Shown here: one piece after another, positions 19,339 to 29,775 of the stretch
Layout: each line of letters begins with the position of its first letter
Position numbering within the stretch: position 1 is the first letter of the stretch
Source: a virus
Lineage: Duplodnaviria > Caudoviricetes
Direction: 5' to 3' (one strand)
Virus record (IMG/VR): IMGVR_UViG_3300022654_000026
Location: 1 to 64,000 of that record
DNA length: 64,000 bases
Notes under the pieces: generated by a model
Seen by the model: the letters and a program-made list of their open reading frames with translations, nothing else
What the model was told of the DNA's origin: nothing
Database searches by the model: none
Translations under genes and position numbers: made by a program

Positions 19339-22300
19339 ATGCCAATGGCAACGAAGATTATTACACAACATAGGCGAGGCACCGCTGAACAATGGATAGA
19401 ATCTGGTATTATCCCTTATGCTGGAGAAATTGTAATCGAAGAATGCCCCGATGGAACATTTAAAACAAAAATCGGCGACGGCGTAAATGTTTTTGCTAAT
19501 TTGCCATATCAAAACTTGGACGATGAATTATCTGAACTAAAAACATATGTGGATGGCAAGGTTGTCGATGGTCTTTTTTACGAAGATAATAAACTCTATT
19601 TGACGTTGAATGGAGAAATTGTATCCGAGCCGGTTGAAATTGTTGGTGGTGGAGGTGGCGGTGTCTCTTCTTATAGCGTTCGTCTTGTTAATGGCATGTC
19701 ATCTAATACATTGACGGTTGCGTTGGCCGACAGGACGATGCTGACCGCATATTTTTATGAAAAATACGGCAACGAATCAACTGGAGTTAATGGTACGCTA
19801 AACGTTTTATATAAATTAAGTACCGATACGGAGTGGATACAATATAAAACTCAGACTGTTCCACAAGACACACCGTTCTCTATCGACGTGGCGGCAATTC
19901 TTTCTTTAGGAACTACAACAGATATTAAATTCACTGTAACCGGTGGAGAATCTCTTATTGATAAATCATTAACATATCATGTAACGCCAGTTGAAGTTGG
20001 CATTGAAGCAATCAACTTTAATGGTTCTGCGGTGTATACTGGCAATATCAACTTTCAGTACCGTTGTGTTGGTAGAAATTTACATAAGACGGTGTATTTT
20101 GAAATTGATGGCGATGTGTGTGATGAAATTGATATAGGAACGAGCCACTATTCGGTTTTATCTCATACAATAAAGATGCTTGGCAACTATGATTATGGAG
20201 CACACGACTTAAGAGTATATTTTAAAACAAGCGACGGAGCAACATCTAATATTTTGAAATATTCTTTGTTATACAATAATGGTACAAGCTCGCAGCCAAT
20301 GATTGGTGTTGTATGCACACAAGAAGAGATTACCTATGGTGAAGTTCTTAGTGTGGATTATACTGTATATACTCCTGGGAAAGAAACTACGGACGAATTG
20401 AATATCTCCGTTTATAGCGTCGATGATTATGGCATGAGAACAGTTTATGAAAGCTCTACGTTGATTAATGTTGCTAATAATACATTGTATACATGGAACG
20501 GAACATCTTATCCACTTTCGGGAACGGTGTATATTGAGTTTACAAGTGGCTCTACATCGAAGGTGATTGCGGCAACTATTAATAGCTTGCAAACTAAATA
20601 TGACTTAGAAAAAGTATCAACAAGCTTGGTATATAACTACACGGCTAATGGACGAAGCAATAATGACGCTGGCAAGGAATTATATGAGTGCAGATATACT
20701 ACCGCAAATGGAATACAAACAGTTATTGAAAGCAAATTTGAAGGATTTAACTGGGTATCTAATGGTTATATTGATGGAGAATCTGTCACTTTGAGTGGTG
20801 ACGCTAGACACACTATTGAACTTCCGATGTTTGCTACAAGTTATACGGATCGTGATGGACAAACAATTAGTCTTGAGAATGTTGCCAACTCGACAGTAAC
20901 AACAAACGGACGTACATTTGAGATTGAATTTAAGGTCAGCAATGTAACTGATATTGAGGCACATATTATTAAATGCCTATCATCTGATCACGCTGGCTTC
21001 GTTGTTACTCCACAAAATTGCTACATGTTGCATTCTGATGGATCTAATGTACAAATGGATGACACGGGGTTCATTGAGAATGAAGAAAGCATTGCGGCAG
21101 CCTACATTAGAGACAATACTCGCATTCGACTTAGTTTTGTTATTGAGCCGAGAGGTTCCGTTCAATATACTCTCGAAGACGGCAAGAAAATGACCGGTCA
21201 ATGCGTTAATATTTATATTAATGGACAATTTGCAAATTCGTATGTTTACCCAGATAATGCACGGTTCCTAAGTCAGGAATATATTACGATGGGTGACAAC
21301 AGTTGTATTTTAAGTGTATATGACGTGAGAATTTATAACCGTGGACTTAGTGCGGTTGAAATTCTACAAAACTATAATGCATCGCCACTGTCTGTTCAAG
21401 ATAAGCTGCTTCGATTTGAGGATAATGATGTATTAAATGATGATGGCGATGTGGACTATGATAAAGCTATTTATAAATACCCATGTCTTCTTATTACTGG
21501 ACCACTTTCTCCCTACAAAGGTGCTAATGGCGTTAAAATGGTGGGTAAAGTAGAGTCTGGCGTTACACTTACTAAACCTGACGGAAATGGCGGATATACA
21601 GTAGAGTGGGATTTACTTGACAAAGACTTAAACGGAAACTGGGTAAGCTGTAATAATGTACAAGGTACGTCTTCGCAGAAATTCCCTCGTAAGAACTATA
21701 AGATATATTTGGTCAAGGCTTTATATAACGAAGATGGCACTCTTCAGACGGAAGAAAAAGATGGTGTCGTAAAGACAAAGACCAAGAAAGTCAAATATTC
21801 ATTAAAGGGCAAGGATGTCGCTGGTAATGAGCTGTCTATTGGTGAAAGCACGTTATGTTATAAGATAGATTTTATGTCTTCAGATCACGCGAATACTTTC
21901 AATGCAAATTTGGCTGACACGTTATTTGATGATGTGACAGCATCACAACAAATTGACCCTCGTGTACAAAATACCATTTGGGGATTTAGGTGTTTGTTAT
22001 TCCGCAGAGATGATGTTGGAGCACCAATTGAGTTCGCTGGTGATGGCGCATTGAACAATGATAAGGGCAACACAAAAACATTTGGGCTTGAACGCGATGA
22101 TGATAAAGGTAATGATACCACTTGCCAGAAGTGGGAGTTCCTAAACAACACAGAGGCACTAACTTCTTTCCAAAGCGACCGTTTGTTTGAGGAAGTTACT
22201 TCTGAGGGCAAAACAGTGTTGCGTGCTACACTTGGTCTTGAGTCTACTTACCCAGATCAGGGAGATCTTAAGGATGAGGGACTTACGCCGAAATATGACC

Positions 22301-25300
22301 ATATTCAGGTGCTTTATACTTGGGTATATCAGAGAGCAAACTTCTGGGATGCATCTACTGATACCGTCGAATCTCCTTATGTATATCATGACATCGAATA
22401 TTATACAGAGAGAGAATATCGTAAGGCTATTTTCTTGAATGAATTTGAGAAGCATTTCAATAAGAATCATGCGTTGATTTATTATTTATTCATGGAGTTT
22501 GTTGCTCTTTGTGATAATAGAGCTAAAAACATGTTCTTGAGAAGTGAAAATGTACGAATTGAGCGGCTACTTGATGTGGATGGAAATGAAATTTCTATTC
22601 ATGATTGTATTGAATCCGGTACGGGCGTTGTTGATGCTGATCGTATTGATTGGGAAAACTCTACTTTTGCAGTATGGTTGACCGACTTGTACGACCTTGA
22701 CTCTGGTTATGGAGTTGAAAACTCTGGTTATATGCAGATTCCATATTATGCGGATTGGAGTTATACTTTAAACGGTACTCAGAAATTTAATGGGCGTGGA
22801 TCTCGTTTGTGGCTAATGGTCGAAGAAGCATTAGAAAACGATATTCAAGCAAAAGCACAACTTCTTACAGAGCGCGGTGTAGGCGATGGCGGTTTAAATT
22901 ACGAAACACTATATGACACGCATATCAAAAATAATGCGATGTTAGTATGTCCAGCAGTGGTTAACCGAGATATGACATATAAATATTCTGACCCATGGGT
23001 CGAAGGATTTGTAGATTATTCTATGGAAGGCCATCCTGTGCGTTATATTTATGATTATAAGTGTTTGCAGCGTGGTAGCCGTACTCAACAAAAAGATGCC
23101 TTTATTTATAGACGGTCTAATATGCTTTATAGTAAATATAGATGTAAGAAATTCTTGAATAATAACATCAACTTTAGATGCGGCGTTGGTGACGTGTATT
23201 ATGCTGATGGCGGATTGCCAGCTTCTATGAGTGGTATTAGCATTACCGCTAATCAGGTTATATATCCCGCTGTAAAATTCGGTGATGGAGATGCTGCTGT
23301 TGTTTCTGGGCCTAGAACTAGTGCTGGAGATACTGCTGTTATAACTAAACCCGGCACTGCTAGCACAGATAAGGTTGGTTTCTCCGACACTGTTTATATT
23401 GCCGGAGGTACGTTCTTGACTGATATTGGCAATATATCAAAGTTCTGTCCTTATGAAATCCAGCTTCAAAATGCAACTGGTCTTCGTTCTCTTAATATTG
23501 GTTCTGATGAAGAAGGATATGAAAATGTGCAGTTAAAAAGCATAGATACATCTGGATGTAAACTTCTTGAAGAACTAAATATTATGGGTTGTACTGCACT
23601 TGGTCCTTTAGACCTATCTCGTAATGGACTACTACAAAGAGTTTATGCAGCAAATTCAAGTGTACAATCAGTGACATTGCCTAACGGTGGTGTTCTAGAA
23701 GAGCTACATCTTGGTAATATTGTCGATCTTGAAATACTTAATCAAGAAAATTTGGTCGTGTTTGATTGTACGAGTTATGATTCGTTGACTCGACTACATA
23801 TCGAAAATACGTCTGTCGTTCCTGCGTTTGAAATTCTTGAAGCAAAGCTTCCTGAGTTGGTAGGTGGCATACGTTTGATTGGTATTGACGAAACAATGGA
23901 TGATGCCTCCTTGTTTGATAGACTGCTTGGAGAAGAAGCGCGTGGTAAATATATTGATAATAGTGGCGTTCTCGTGGATGACTTAACTTTGTATCCGTAT
24001 ATTTCTGGTAAGTGTCATATTAAAACACTAACAGGGACGCAGCTACAGAATATAAAGAAGGTTTATCCTGATATTCAGATTGCCTATGATACTTTGACGG
24101 CGACAATTATTTATATGAATGAAGATGGTACGGAAGAGCTTTATAGGGAAGTAATACATGATGGCGGAGACGCCGCTGATCCTGTTGTAGCTGGTTCAAT
24201 TGCTGAACCAATAAAGTCAAGTACTGCTCAATATCACTTTGCCTATGGTGGTTGGAGCCATAGTCCAAACAGTGATCCCGTTGATGACGCTCTGCTATAC
24301 GTTGCCGTTGATAGAGTTGTTTATGCGGCGTTTAATAAGACCATTCGTAGTTATACGGTTAGATTTTATAATGGAGATATACTGCTACAGACCTCTATTG
24401 TTGAGTATGGCTCAGCTGCAACATACTATGGAGAAACTCCAATTAAAGCAAACACATCTATTCCTGAACTATATGATTTTGCTGGATGGGAGCCTGGATG
24501 TGGGAATATCACTGGCAACTTGGATTGTTATGCTCAATTCGAGTTTAATATTGCAAAAATTTATCAATTTTTACTTACCGACTTTGAATATTCAACCAAC
24601 GACGCCGATGATACAATGTCTATTACGAAATATATTGGCGCGAAATTGGCTGGTGAAATTCAATCTGCGTATGATGGCAATGATGTGATTTCTGTAGCTG
24701 GATTTGAAGAATCTGCTATTGAGTTTATTATTTTGCCAATTACTTTGCGCACAATTGCTGCAAATACATTCCAATATTGTAATCAACTTATGAGCATCAA
24801 TATTCCTATCAATGTAACAAAAATAGGCGATAATGCTTTCCGTGGATGTAATAACTTGGAGAAAGTGACCGTATCAGATGGAAATACAAAATATCATGAT
24901 GCGGGTAATTGTATTATAGAAACAGCAAGTGATAAATTAGTTGTTGGCTGTAATACAAGTATAATTCCAACTGACGGTAGTGTGACAAGTATTGGGTATG
25001 GAGCCTTTTATGGGCGAAATGGTTTGACAAATATCAATATCCCAGATGGCGTAACGGAAATAGATAATACGGCGTTTACTAACTGTGCAAATCTAGCAAA
25101 TGTTATATTGCCAGAAACACTTGTCAATATTGGATCTATGGCGTTTTATGGATGTGGTATGAGTGAAGTTGTTATACCAGATAGTGTACAAAATGTACGT
25201 ATGTATTCTTTCTCTGTCTGTAACAATTTAACTACGGTGACTTTTGGTAGTGGTATTACCAGTATACATGCACAGACTTTTGATAATAGCCCGAATCTTC

Positions 25301-25401
25301 GAACCATTAATGTACCATGGGCAGAAGGTGAAGTTGCAAATGCTCCATGGGGCGCAAAAAACGCAACTATAAATTATAATTATAAGGTGGGTCTGGAATG
25401 A
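19339..25401 (+). CDS. Giant multidomain virion/adhesin protein, 2020 aa: Mtd_N, Ig-like, LamG-like, CotH-kinase-like, LRR, InlB-B-type repeats, BspA-type LRR
   Basis: KTKIGDG..FANLPY; IYINGQ...VRIYNRGLS; QGTSSQKFPRKNYKI, DNRAKNMF, YDLDS; LEELNIMGCTAL; YTVRFYNG...FAGW; VTSIGYGAFYG..LT.I.IP repeats. Confidence 0.7.
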   Translation: MPMATKIITQHRRGTAEQWIESGIIPYAGEIVIEECPDGTFKTKIGDGVNVFANLPYQNLDDELSELKTYVDGKVVDGLFYEDNKLYLTLNGEIVSEPVEIVGGGGGGVSSYSVRLVNGMSSNTLTVALADRTMLTAYFYEKYGNESTGVNGTLNVLYKLSTDTEWIQYKTQTVPQDTPFSIDVAAILSLGTTTDIKFTVTGGESLIDKSLTYHVTPVEVGIEAINFNGSAVYTGNINFQYRCVGRNLHKTVYFEIDGDVCDEIDIGTSHYSVLSHTIKMLGNYDYGAHDLRVYFKTSDGATSNILKYSLLYNNGTSSQPMIGVVCTQEEITYGEVLSVDYTVYTPGKETTDELNISVYSVDDYGMRTVYESSTLINVANNTLYTWNGTSYPLSGTVYIEFTSGSTSKVIAATINSLQTKYDLEKVSTSLVYNYTANGRSNNDAGKELYECRYTTANGIQTVIESKFEGFNWVSNGYIDGESVTLSGDARHTIELPMFATSYTDRDGQTISLENVANSTVTTNGRTFEIEFKVSNVTDIEAHIIKCLSSDHAGFVVTPQNCYMLHSDGSNVQMDDTGFIENEESIAAAYIRDNTRIRLSFVIEPRGSVQYTLEDGKKMTGQCVNIYINGQFANSYVYPDNARFLSQEYITMGDNSCILSVYDVRIYNRGLSAVEILQNYNASPLSVQDKLLRFEDNDVLNDDGDVDYDKAIYKYPCLLITGPLSPYKGANGVKMVGKVESGVTLTKPDGNGGYTVEWDLLDKDLNGNWVSCNNVQGTSSQKFPRKNYKIYLVKALYNEDGTLQTEEKDGVVKTKTKKVKYSLKGKDVAGNELSIGESTLCYKIDFMSSDHANTFNANLADTLFDDVTASQQIDPRVQNTIWGFRCLLFRRDDVGAPIEFAGDGALNNDKGNTKTFGLERDDDKGNDTTCQKWEFLNNTEALTSFQSDRLFEEVTSEGKTVLRATLGLESTYPDQGDLKDEGLTPKYDHIQVLYTWVYQRANFWDASTDTVESPYVYHDIEYYTEREYRKAIFLNEFEKHFNKNHALIYYLFMEFVALCDNRAKNMFLRSENVRIERLLDVDGNEISIHDCIESGTGVVDADRIDWENSTFAVWLTDLYDLDSGYGVENSGYMQIPYYADWSYTLNGTQKFNGRGSRLWLMVEEALENDIQAKAQLLTERGVGDGGLNYETLYDTHIKNNAMLVCPAVVNRDMTYKYSDPWVEGFVDYSMEGHPVRYIYDYKCLQRGSRTQQKDAFIYRRSNMLYSKYRCKKFLNNNINFRCGVGDVYYADGGLPASMSGISITANQVIYPAVKFGDGDAAVVSGPRTSAGDTAVITKPGTASTDKVGFSDTVYIAGGTFLTDIGNISKFCPYEIQLQNATGLRSLNIGSDEEGYENVQLKSIDTSGCKLLEELNIMGCTALGPLDLSRNGLLQRVYAANSSVQSVTLPNGGVLEELHLGNIVDLEILNQENLVVFDCTSYDSLTRLHIENTSVVPAFEILEAKLPELVGGIRLIGIDETMDDASLFDRLLGEEARGKYIDNSGVLVDDLTLYPYISGKCHIKTLTGTQLQNIKKVYPDIQIAYDTLTATIIYMNEDGTEELYREVIHDGGDAADPVVAGSIAEPIKSSTAQYHFAYGGWSHSPNSDPVDDALLYVAVDRVVYAAFNKTIRSYTVRFYNGDILLQTSIVEYGSAATYYGETPIKANTSIPELYDFAGWEPGCGNITGNLDCYAQFEFNIAKIYQFLLTDFEYSTNDADDTMSITKYIGAKLAGEIQSAYDGNDVISVAGFEESAIEFIILPITLRTIAANTFQYCNQLMSINIPINVTKIGDNAFRGCNNLEKVTVSDGNTKYHDAGNCIIETASDKLVVGCNTSIIPTDGSVTSIGYGAFYGRNGLTNINIPDGVTEIDNTAFTNCANLANVILPETLVNIGSMAFYGCGMSEVVIPDSVQNVRMYSFSVCNNLTTVTFGSGITSIHAQTFDNSPNLRTINVPWAEGEVANAPWGAKNATINYNYKVGLE

Positions 25402-25455
25402 TGACCCTCCCGACTCCAAAATTTTGAAAATGACAAATTGAAAGGAGTGTATAAG

Positions 25456-26019
25456 ATGGCGGAAAAGAATATAGCTTCTCGCATAGTGCACAAGCACGAT
25501 ACAGAAGCAAATTGGCTTAAAGCCACAACATTCGTTCCTAAACAAGGCGAATTAATTGTTTATGACAGAGACGCATCGCATTCATATGAACGTTTCAAGA
25601 TTGGTGATGGTACGACTTCTGTCAATAGTTTGCCATTCACCAATGATCTAGCCAACTTAGGCATTTATATTGGCGATACCAAGCCAACTGATCCAAATAT
25701 TAAGATATGGATTAATACTGCTGAGGAAGGTGCCGGGGTGGTGCCTGTACTACCTAGAATTGCAACGGTTACTTTACCTGCTAGCGGTTGGACTGGTAGT
25801 GCCAATCCTTATAGTCAGGTAGCAACTGTAAATGGAGTTACGGTTAATAGCAAATTAGACTTGCAACCAACAGCTCAGCAAATTGTACAATTGCAAAATG
25901 AAGATATTGCCTTAATGGCAGAGAATAATGGTGGCACTGTTACATTTTATGCTTTAGGCGGCAAGCCAAAGGTTGATTATACCATGCAGGTATTATTAAC
26001 GGAGGTGGCGTTTGTATGA
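25456..26019 (+). CDS. Mtd_N-like fibre module protein with a C-terminal small beta domain
   Basis: PKQGELIVY...FKIGDG...LPF; C-terminal TVTLPASGW..PYSQ domain paralogous to 27677..27988. Confidence 0.6.
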   Translation: MAEKNIASRIVHKHDTEANWLKATTFVPKQGELIVYDRDASHSYERFKIGDGTTSVNSLPFTNDLANLGIYIGDTKPTDPNIKIWINTAEEGAGVVPVLPRIATVTLPASGWTGSANPYSQVATVNGVTVNSKLDLQPTAQQIVQLQNEDIALMAENNGGTVTFYALGGKPKVDYTMQVLLTEVAFV

Positions 26020-26213
26020 TAATCGCAGGTAATATGGTTGGCTGTTATAGCATGCTTGGAAAGACATTTGTGATTGAAGACGAAAACGGTTCTGAGGTCA
26101 TGGCGGTCATTGTGGATCAAGAGACCATATTGACAGCAACGGACGAAGATGTTAAGAAGGGTAAAGTTTACGCTTCTGATAATGGCGTATCTGTTGGTAC
26201 GCTTGAGGTATAA
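26016..26213 (+). CDS. Small hypothetical fibre-associated protein
   Basis: GGAGGTG SD, ATGA overlap; TATDEDVKKGK motif. Confidence 0.55.
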   Translation: MIIAGNMVGCYSMLGKTFVIEDENGSEVMAVIVDQETILTATDEDVKKGKVYASDNGVSVGTLEV

Positions 26214-26291
26214 TTATAAGTCTAATGTAATAGGAAAAGAAACATAACAAAATTATTAAATTTTAACAAAAGATAAAGGAGGTTACTTGAA

Positions 26292-27230
26292 ATGGCGGTA
26301 ACCTATTTAAGAAATACCGAAGGTGTATTTGAACGGGTTGGCCCCGGCGGAGCATCCACCGATACAACACTTTCGCAAGCCGGTAAACCTGCCGATGCTG
26401 CTGCAGTAGGCAATGCATTGTCTAACTATGCAACGTCAGCGAATGTAAGTGCGCAGATGAATGATAAAGTGGATAAAGTTGATGGAATGGGTTTATCAAC
26501 TAATGACTTTACAAGCGCAGAAAAGACAAAACTTGCCGGAATTGCAACAGGAGCAAACAAATATACTTTGCCGACTGCCACATCTTCCACTCTTGGTGGC
26601 GTTAAAACTGGCAGTAATATTACTAATAGTTCTGGAGTTATTAGTATATCTAGTGGTAATGTAACGTCCGCACTTGGATTTACACCTTTTGATAGCAGCA
26701 AAGTTATTCCAAAGTCTAAGGGTGGAACCGGTATCGATATGAGTGATTTTCCAGCAAACGCAATCATTCGTAACTCTGGTTCCGGTGGTGCAGATTTATA
26801 TTATACGGCAACGGCGAATGGTGCTTGTTATGCGACTGCAGCAAATGGATACCCTCAATTTGGCACATTGCCCGTAGCTCAAGGTGGTACTGGCCAAACT
26901 AAAGCATGGACAAATGGAACGGTTTCAAGTTTAAATAGCACAACTGTTACATCATCTCAGTTTGCAGTTTTTCCATACTTAAATAAAGCATTTATTAGAT
27001 TGAATATTGTGACACCAAGCGCAATCGCAGCAGATGGCGCAATGTTTATCGCATTACCATCTACAATTCCTACTGCACATACAGCATTAGCTTGTTACAA
27101 CGAGATTGGTTATGATATTCATTGTGGCGTATCTTCAGTTGCAGACAAGGGCGTTTATATTATGAATTGTGGTACATCAAGCATGCCAAAAGGCACTCGT
27201 TTGTATATTGCTGGATGGTATTCAATCTAA
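26292..27230 (+). CDS. Tail fibre/receptor-binding-like protein
   Basis: DTTLSQAGKPADA, KVDKVDGMGLSTNDFT, YTLPTAT..LGGVK and LPVAQGGTG fibre motifs; compact C-terminal beta domain. Confidence 0.65.
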   Translation: MAVTYLRNTEGVFERVGPGGASTDTTLSQAGKPADAAAVGNALSNYATSANVSAQMNDKVDKVDGMGLSTNDFTSAEKTKLAGIATGANKYTLPTATSSTLGGVKTGSNITNSSGVISISSGNVTSALGFTPFDSSKVIPKSKGGTGIDMSDFPANAIIRNSGSGGADLYYTATANGACYATAANGYPQFGTLPVAQGGTGQTKAWTNGTVSSLNSTTVTSSQFAVFPYLNKAFIRLNIVTPSAIAADGAMFIALPSTIPTAHTALACYNEIGYDIHCGVSSVADKGVYIMNCGTSSMPKGTRLYIAGWYSI

Positions 27231-27243
27231 GGAGGAATAAACG

Positions 27244-27612
27244 ATGAAGATTTTAATTGACGAAAATAAATATTTAACTTGTGTTTGTATAGATGCAGAG
27301 TTAAATGGTGGTATTGAAGTAGAAACTCCTGAAGATGTTGACACATTTATCGATGTGTTTAGAGCCTACAGATACGATAATGGGAAACTAATGTTAGACC
27401 AGAGTAGACTGCATGCTTTAAATGATGAGCGAATTAACAATGACTTGCGCCGTAAACGTGATAAGGTTTGCTTCCCATATGTTAACCGTGGTTATTTATG
27501 GTATAGCAAATTGACAGACGATCAAAAGGAACAACTTAATGAGTGGTATCAGGCATGGCTTGATGTTACTGATACAAAAGTTGTTCCTCAAATGCTCGAA
27601 TGGTTAAAATAA
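27244..27612 (+). CDS. Putative fibre assembly chaperone
   Basis: LRRKRDK.CFP.VNRG..W....W..WLDVT..VP..W pattern; follows a fibre gene. Confidence 0.5.
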   Translation: MKILIDENKYLTCVCIDAELNGGIEVETPEDVDTFIDVFRAYRYDNGKLMLDQSRLHALNDERINNDLRRKRDKVCFPYVNRGYLWYSKLTDDQKEQLNEWYQAWLDVTDTKVVPQMLEWLK

Positions 27613-27619
27613 CAGTTTT

Positions 27620-27646
27620 GGAGCTCGATAATACGGGCTCCTTTTT
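27620..27646 (+). terminator. Intrinsic terminator
   Basis: GGAGCTCG-ataata-CGGGCTCC followed by TTTTT. Confidence 0.7.
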
Positions 27647-27676
27647 ATTAAATTCAAAAGGAGGCGTTTTGTAAAA

Positions 27677-27988
27677 ATGGCTACAAAAAAAATACAGATT
27701 TTGGGCAACTTACACCAACCTAGCGTAAAAGTGACAGAAATTACTTTATTGTCGGCAAACTGGGAAGGCGATACAAGCCCTTACTCACAGGAAGTAGTAA
27801 TTGATGGCATTACGCCATATAGTCAGGTCGATCTTAAACCAGACGTTTTCCAGCTTGCCGAGTTTCACAACAAAGACCTCGCTTTCGTTACAGAAAACGA
27901 TGACGGGGTTGTTACGGTTTATGCGATTGGGGATAAGCCACGCAACGATCACACAATACAGGTATCCATCACGGAGGTGAGTGTATGA
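27677..27988 (+). CDS. Small fibre adaptor, paralog of the 25456 C-terminal domain
   Basis: ITLLSANW...PYSQ...DLKP...TENDDGVVTVYAIGDKP..D.TIQV..TEV. Confidence 0.6.
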   Translation: MATKKIQILGNLHQPSVKVTEITLLSANWEGDTSPYSQEVVIDGITPYSQVDLKPDVFQLAEFHNKDLAFVTENDDGVVTVYAIGDKPRNDHTIQVSITEVSV

Positions 27989-29775
27989 AAATCATAGGCT
28001 ATACTGTTGGAACCACAAGTCCAAAACCTAGTTTTGCGCAGACCGACCCGAAAAAGGGAGATTATATTAAGGATAAAGAAGTCCTAGAGGCCGAAATAGA
28101 TGAAAGGCTGTCCGGTGTTGCTTATATCGATTCGGCAGACAATGAAAATGTTCAAGTCGAAGAGGTTCCCTCTGTGGGTGGGGACGTTCCGGTTGAATCT
28201 GGCACCGGCGACAATTCAATTCAGCAATCTGATACGGGGGCACTAGCTCTAGGTGAAAACTCAGCAGCTTTTAATAATAGTGTCGCAGGTTGTATGGGCT
28301 TTAGATACAAGGGACTTGACCTTGTAAATCATAAAATTTATCTTACAACTGATGACAAGATTACTTATCAAGATATTCAGTTTAAAGGTACTGAAAACGA
28401 TGCTTTTGATGAAGAATCATTGATTGACAATGAACTACAGATAAATGAATATTACAAAAACGGAGATATATTCTCACTTAAAACTCGTGGTATTGATTGT
28501 GATAATGTTGGTGTAATAACTACTATTGAAAATAATGTTGTTACATTTGAACCTGGTACTAAAATTGATGCATTAACAAAAGCGCAAGTTCAAACAGAAG
28601 ACACTTATAGTGATCGTTATAGTTTCTTTGTTCCATCAAAACCAATACAAGGTGTGGTTGTAGTCTCTGATCATTCAGCAGCATTTGGCATTAGTATGGA
28701 TAAAACTAATGCTGCTACTGGTAGATATTCCATTGCTGCTGGTAGAGATAACTTAGCTTATGGTGATGGTGCTGTTGCAATGGGCCGAGAATGCACAGCA
28801 GGATATGGTTGTATATCACTTGGATTTAATGCTGATGCAATCGGTGATAGAAATGTAGCCATAGGAGTTAATGTCACAAACAAGGGCAACAATTCGGTAG
28901 CTACAGGCGCAAGTACTCAAATATTAGAAAACGGTCAATATTCATTCGTTTCTGGCTTTAAAAACTATGCTAGACATCCTGGCGTCGCTATGTTTGGTAG
29001 ATTGAATGGCTATTCATATACGCCTGATCAGGCTGTTTTTGGCGTTGGCGCTAAGATGAAATCTACTACTGGAGCTTTACTAGTTGTAGGTAATGGCAAA
29101 ATAACTGGTACAACACCTAATACATTTGCTGTAGCTGATGAAGATCGTTCTAATGCTTTCTTGGTTTGGAATGATGGCAGAGCTACCGTTGGGGCAGCTC
29201 CTAAGAATGATATGGATGTTGTTAATAAAGGTTCTGTAGCTTCTATAATGAAAAATACTTTACCTTTACAAAAAGGAAGCAATACAAACAGTGTTAGATC
29301 TATTAACGAAAACTGTGTAGCAGATGGTGCTCATAGTTTTGCTTTCGGGGAACAAGCTGTAGTTACTTCTGCAGGAAGTAACAGTATTGCATTAGGTAGA
29401 TTGGCTGAAGTAAGAGCACCGTTTAGTACTGCTATTGGACGTGGTGTAAAAACTGCCGAAAACACTGCAGTTTCTCCAAATAGAGATCAATTTGTAATTG
29501 GCAGATATAATGAAATACTTGATGCGTTCCCAAGCTCAGGTTCTCATAAAGACAACTATAAAGCTGCCGCTTTTGTAGTTGGTGTAGGTAATGGTGATGA
29601 TAAATATGCGAATGACGGAACTATAATAACTAAGAACCGTAAAAATGGTCTTGTTGTATGGGGAGATGGTCGTGTTACTGCTGGAGCAAGCCCAACAGGT
29701 AATATGGATGTTGTTACTAAACAATATCTTGAAGAATATATTAATTCTTTGAGCGGAGACGAGGTGGCTTACTGA
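27985..29775 (+). CDS. YadA-head-like (trimeric beta-roll) adhesin/fibre protein
   Basis: SIAAG/AVAMG/SIALG-type repeats; VVGNG...RSNAF.VW.DG; paralog of 30805..33174. Confidence 0.65.
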   Translation: MKIIGYTVGTTSPKPSFAQTDPKKGDYIKDKEVLEAEIDERLSGVAYIDSADNENVQVEEVPSVGGDVPVESGTGDNSIQQSDTGALALGENSAAFNNSVAGCMGFRYKGLDLVNHKIYLTTDDKITYQDIQFKGTENDAFDEESLIDNELQINEYYKNGDIFSLKTRGIDCDNVGVITTIENNVVTFEPGTKIDALTKAQVQTEDTYSDRYSFFVPSKPIQGVVVVSDHSAAFGISMDKTNAATGRYSIAAGRDNLAYGDGAVAMGRECTAGYGCISLGFNADAIGDRNVAIGVNVTNKGNNSVATGASTQILENGQYSFVSGFKNYARHPGVAMFGRLNGYSYTPDQAVFGVGAKMKSTTGALLVVGNGKITGTTPNTFAVADEDRSNAFLVWNDGRATVGAAPKNDMDVVNKGSVASIMKNTLPLQKGSNTNSVRSINENCVADGAHSFAFGEQAVVTSAGSNSIALGRLAEVRAPFSTAIGRGVKTAENTAVSPNRDQFVIGRYNEILDAFPSSGSHKDNYKAAAFVVGVGNGDDKYANDGTIITKNRKNGLVVWGDGRVTAGASPTGNMDVVTKQYLEEYINSLSGDEVAY

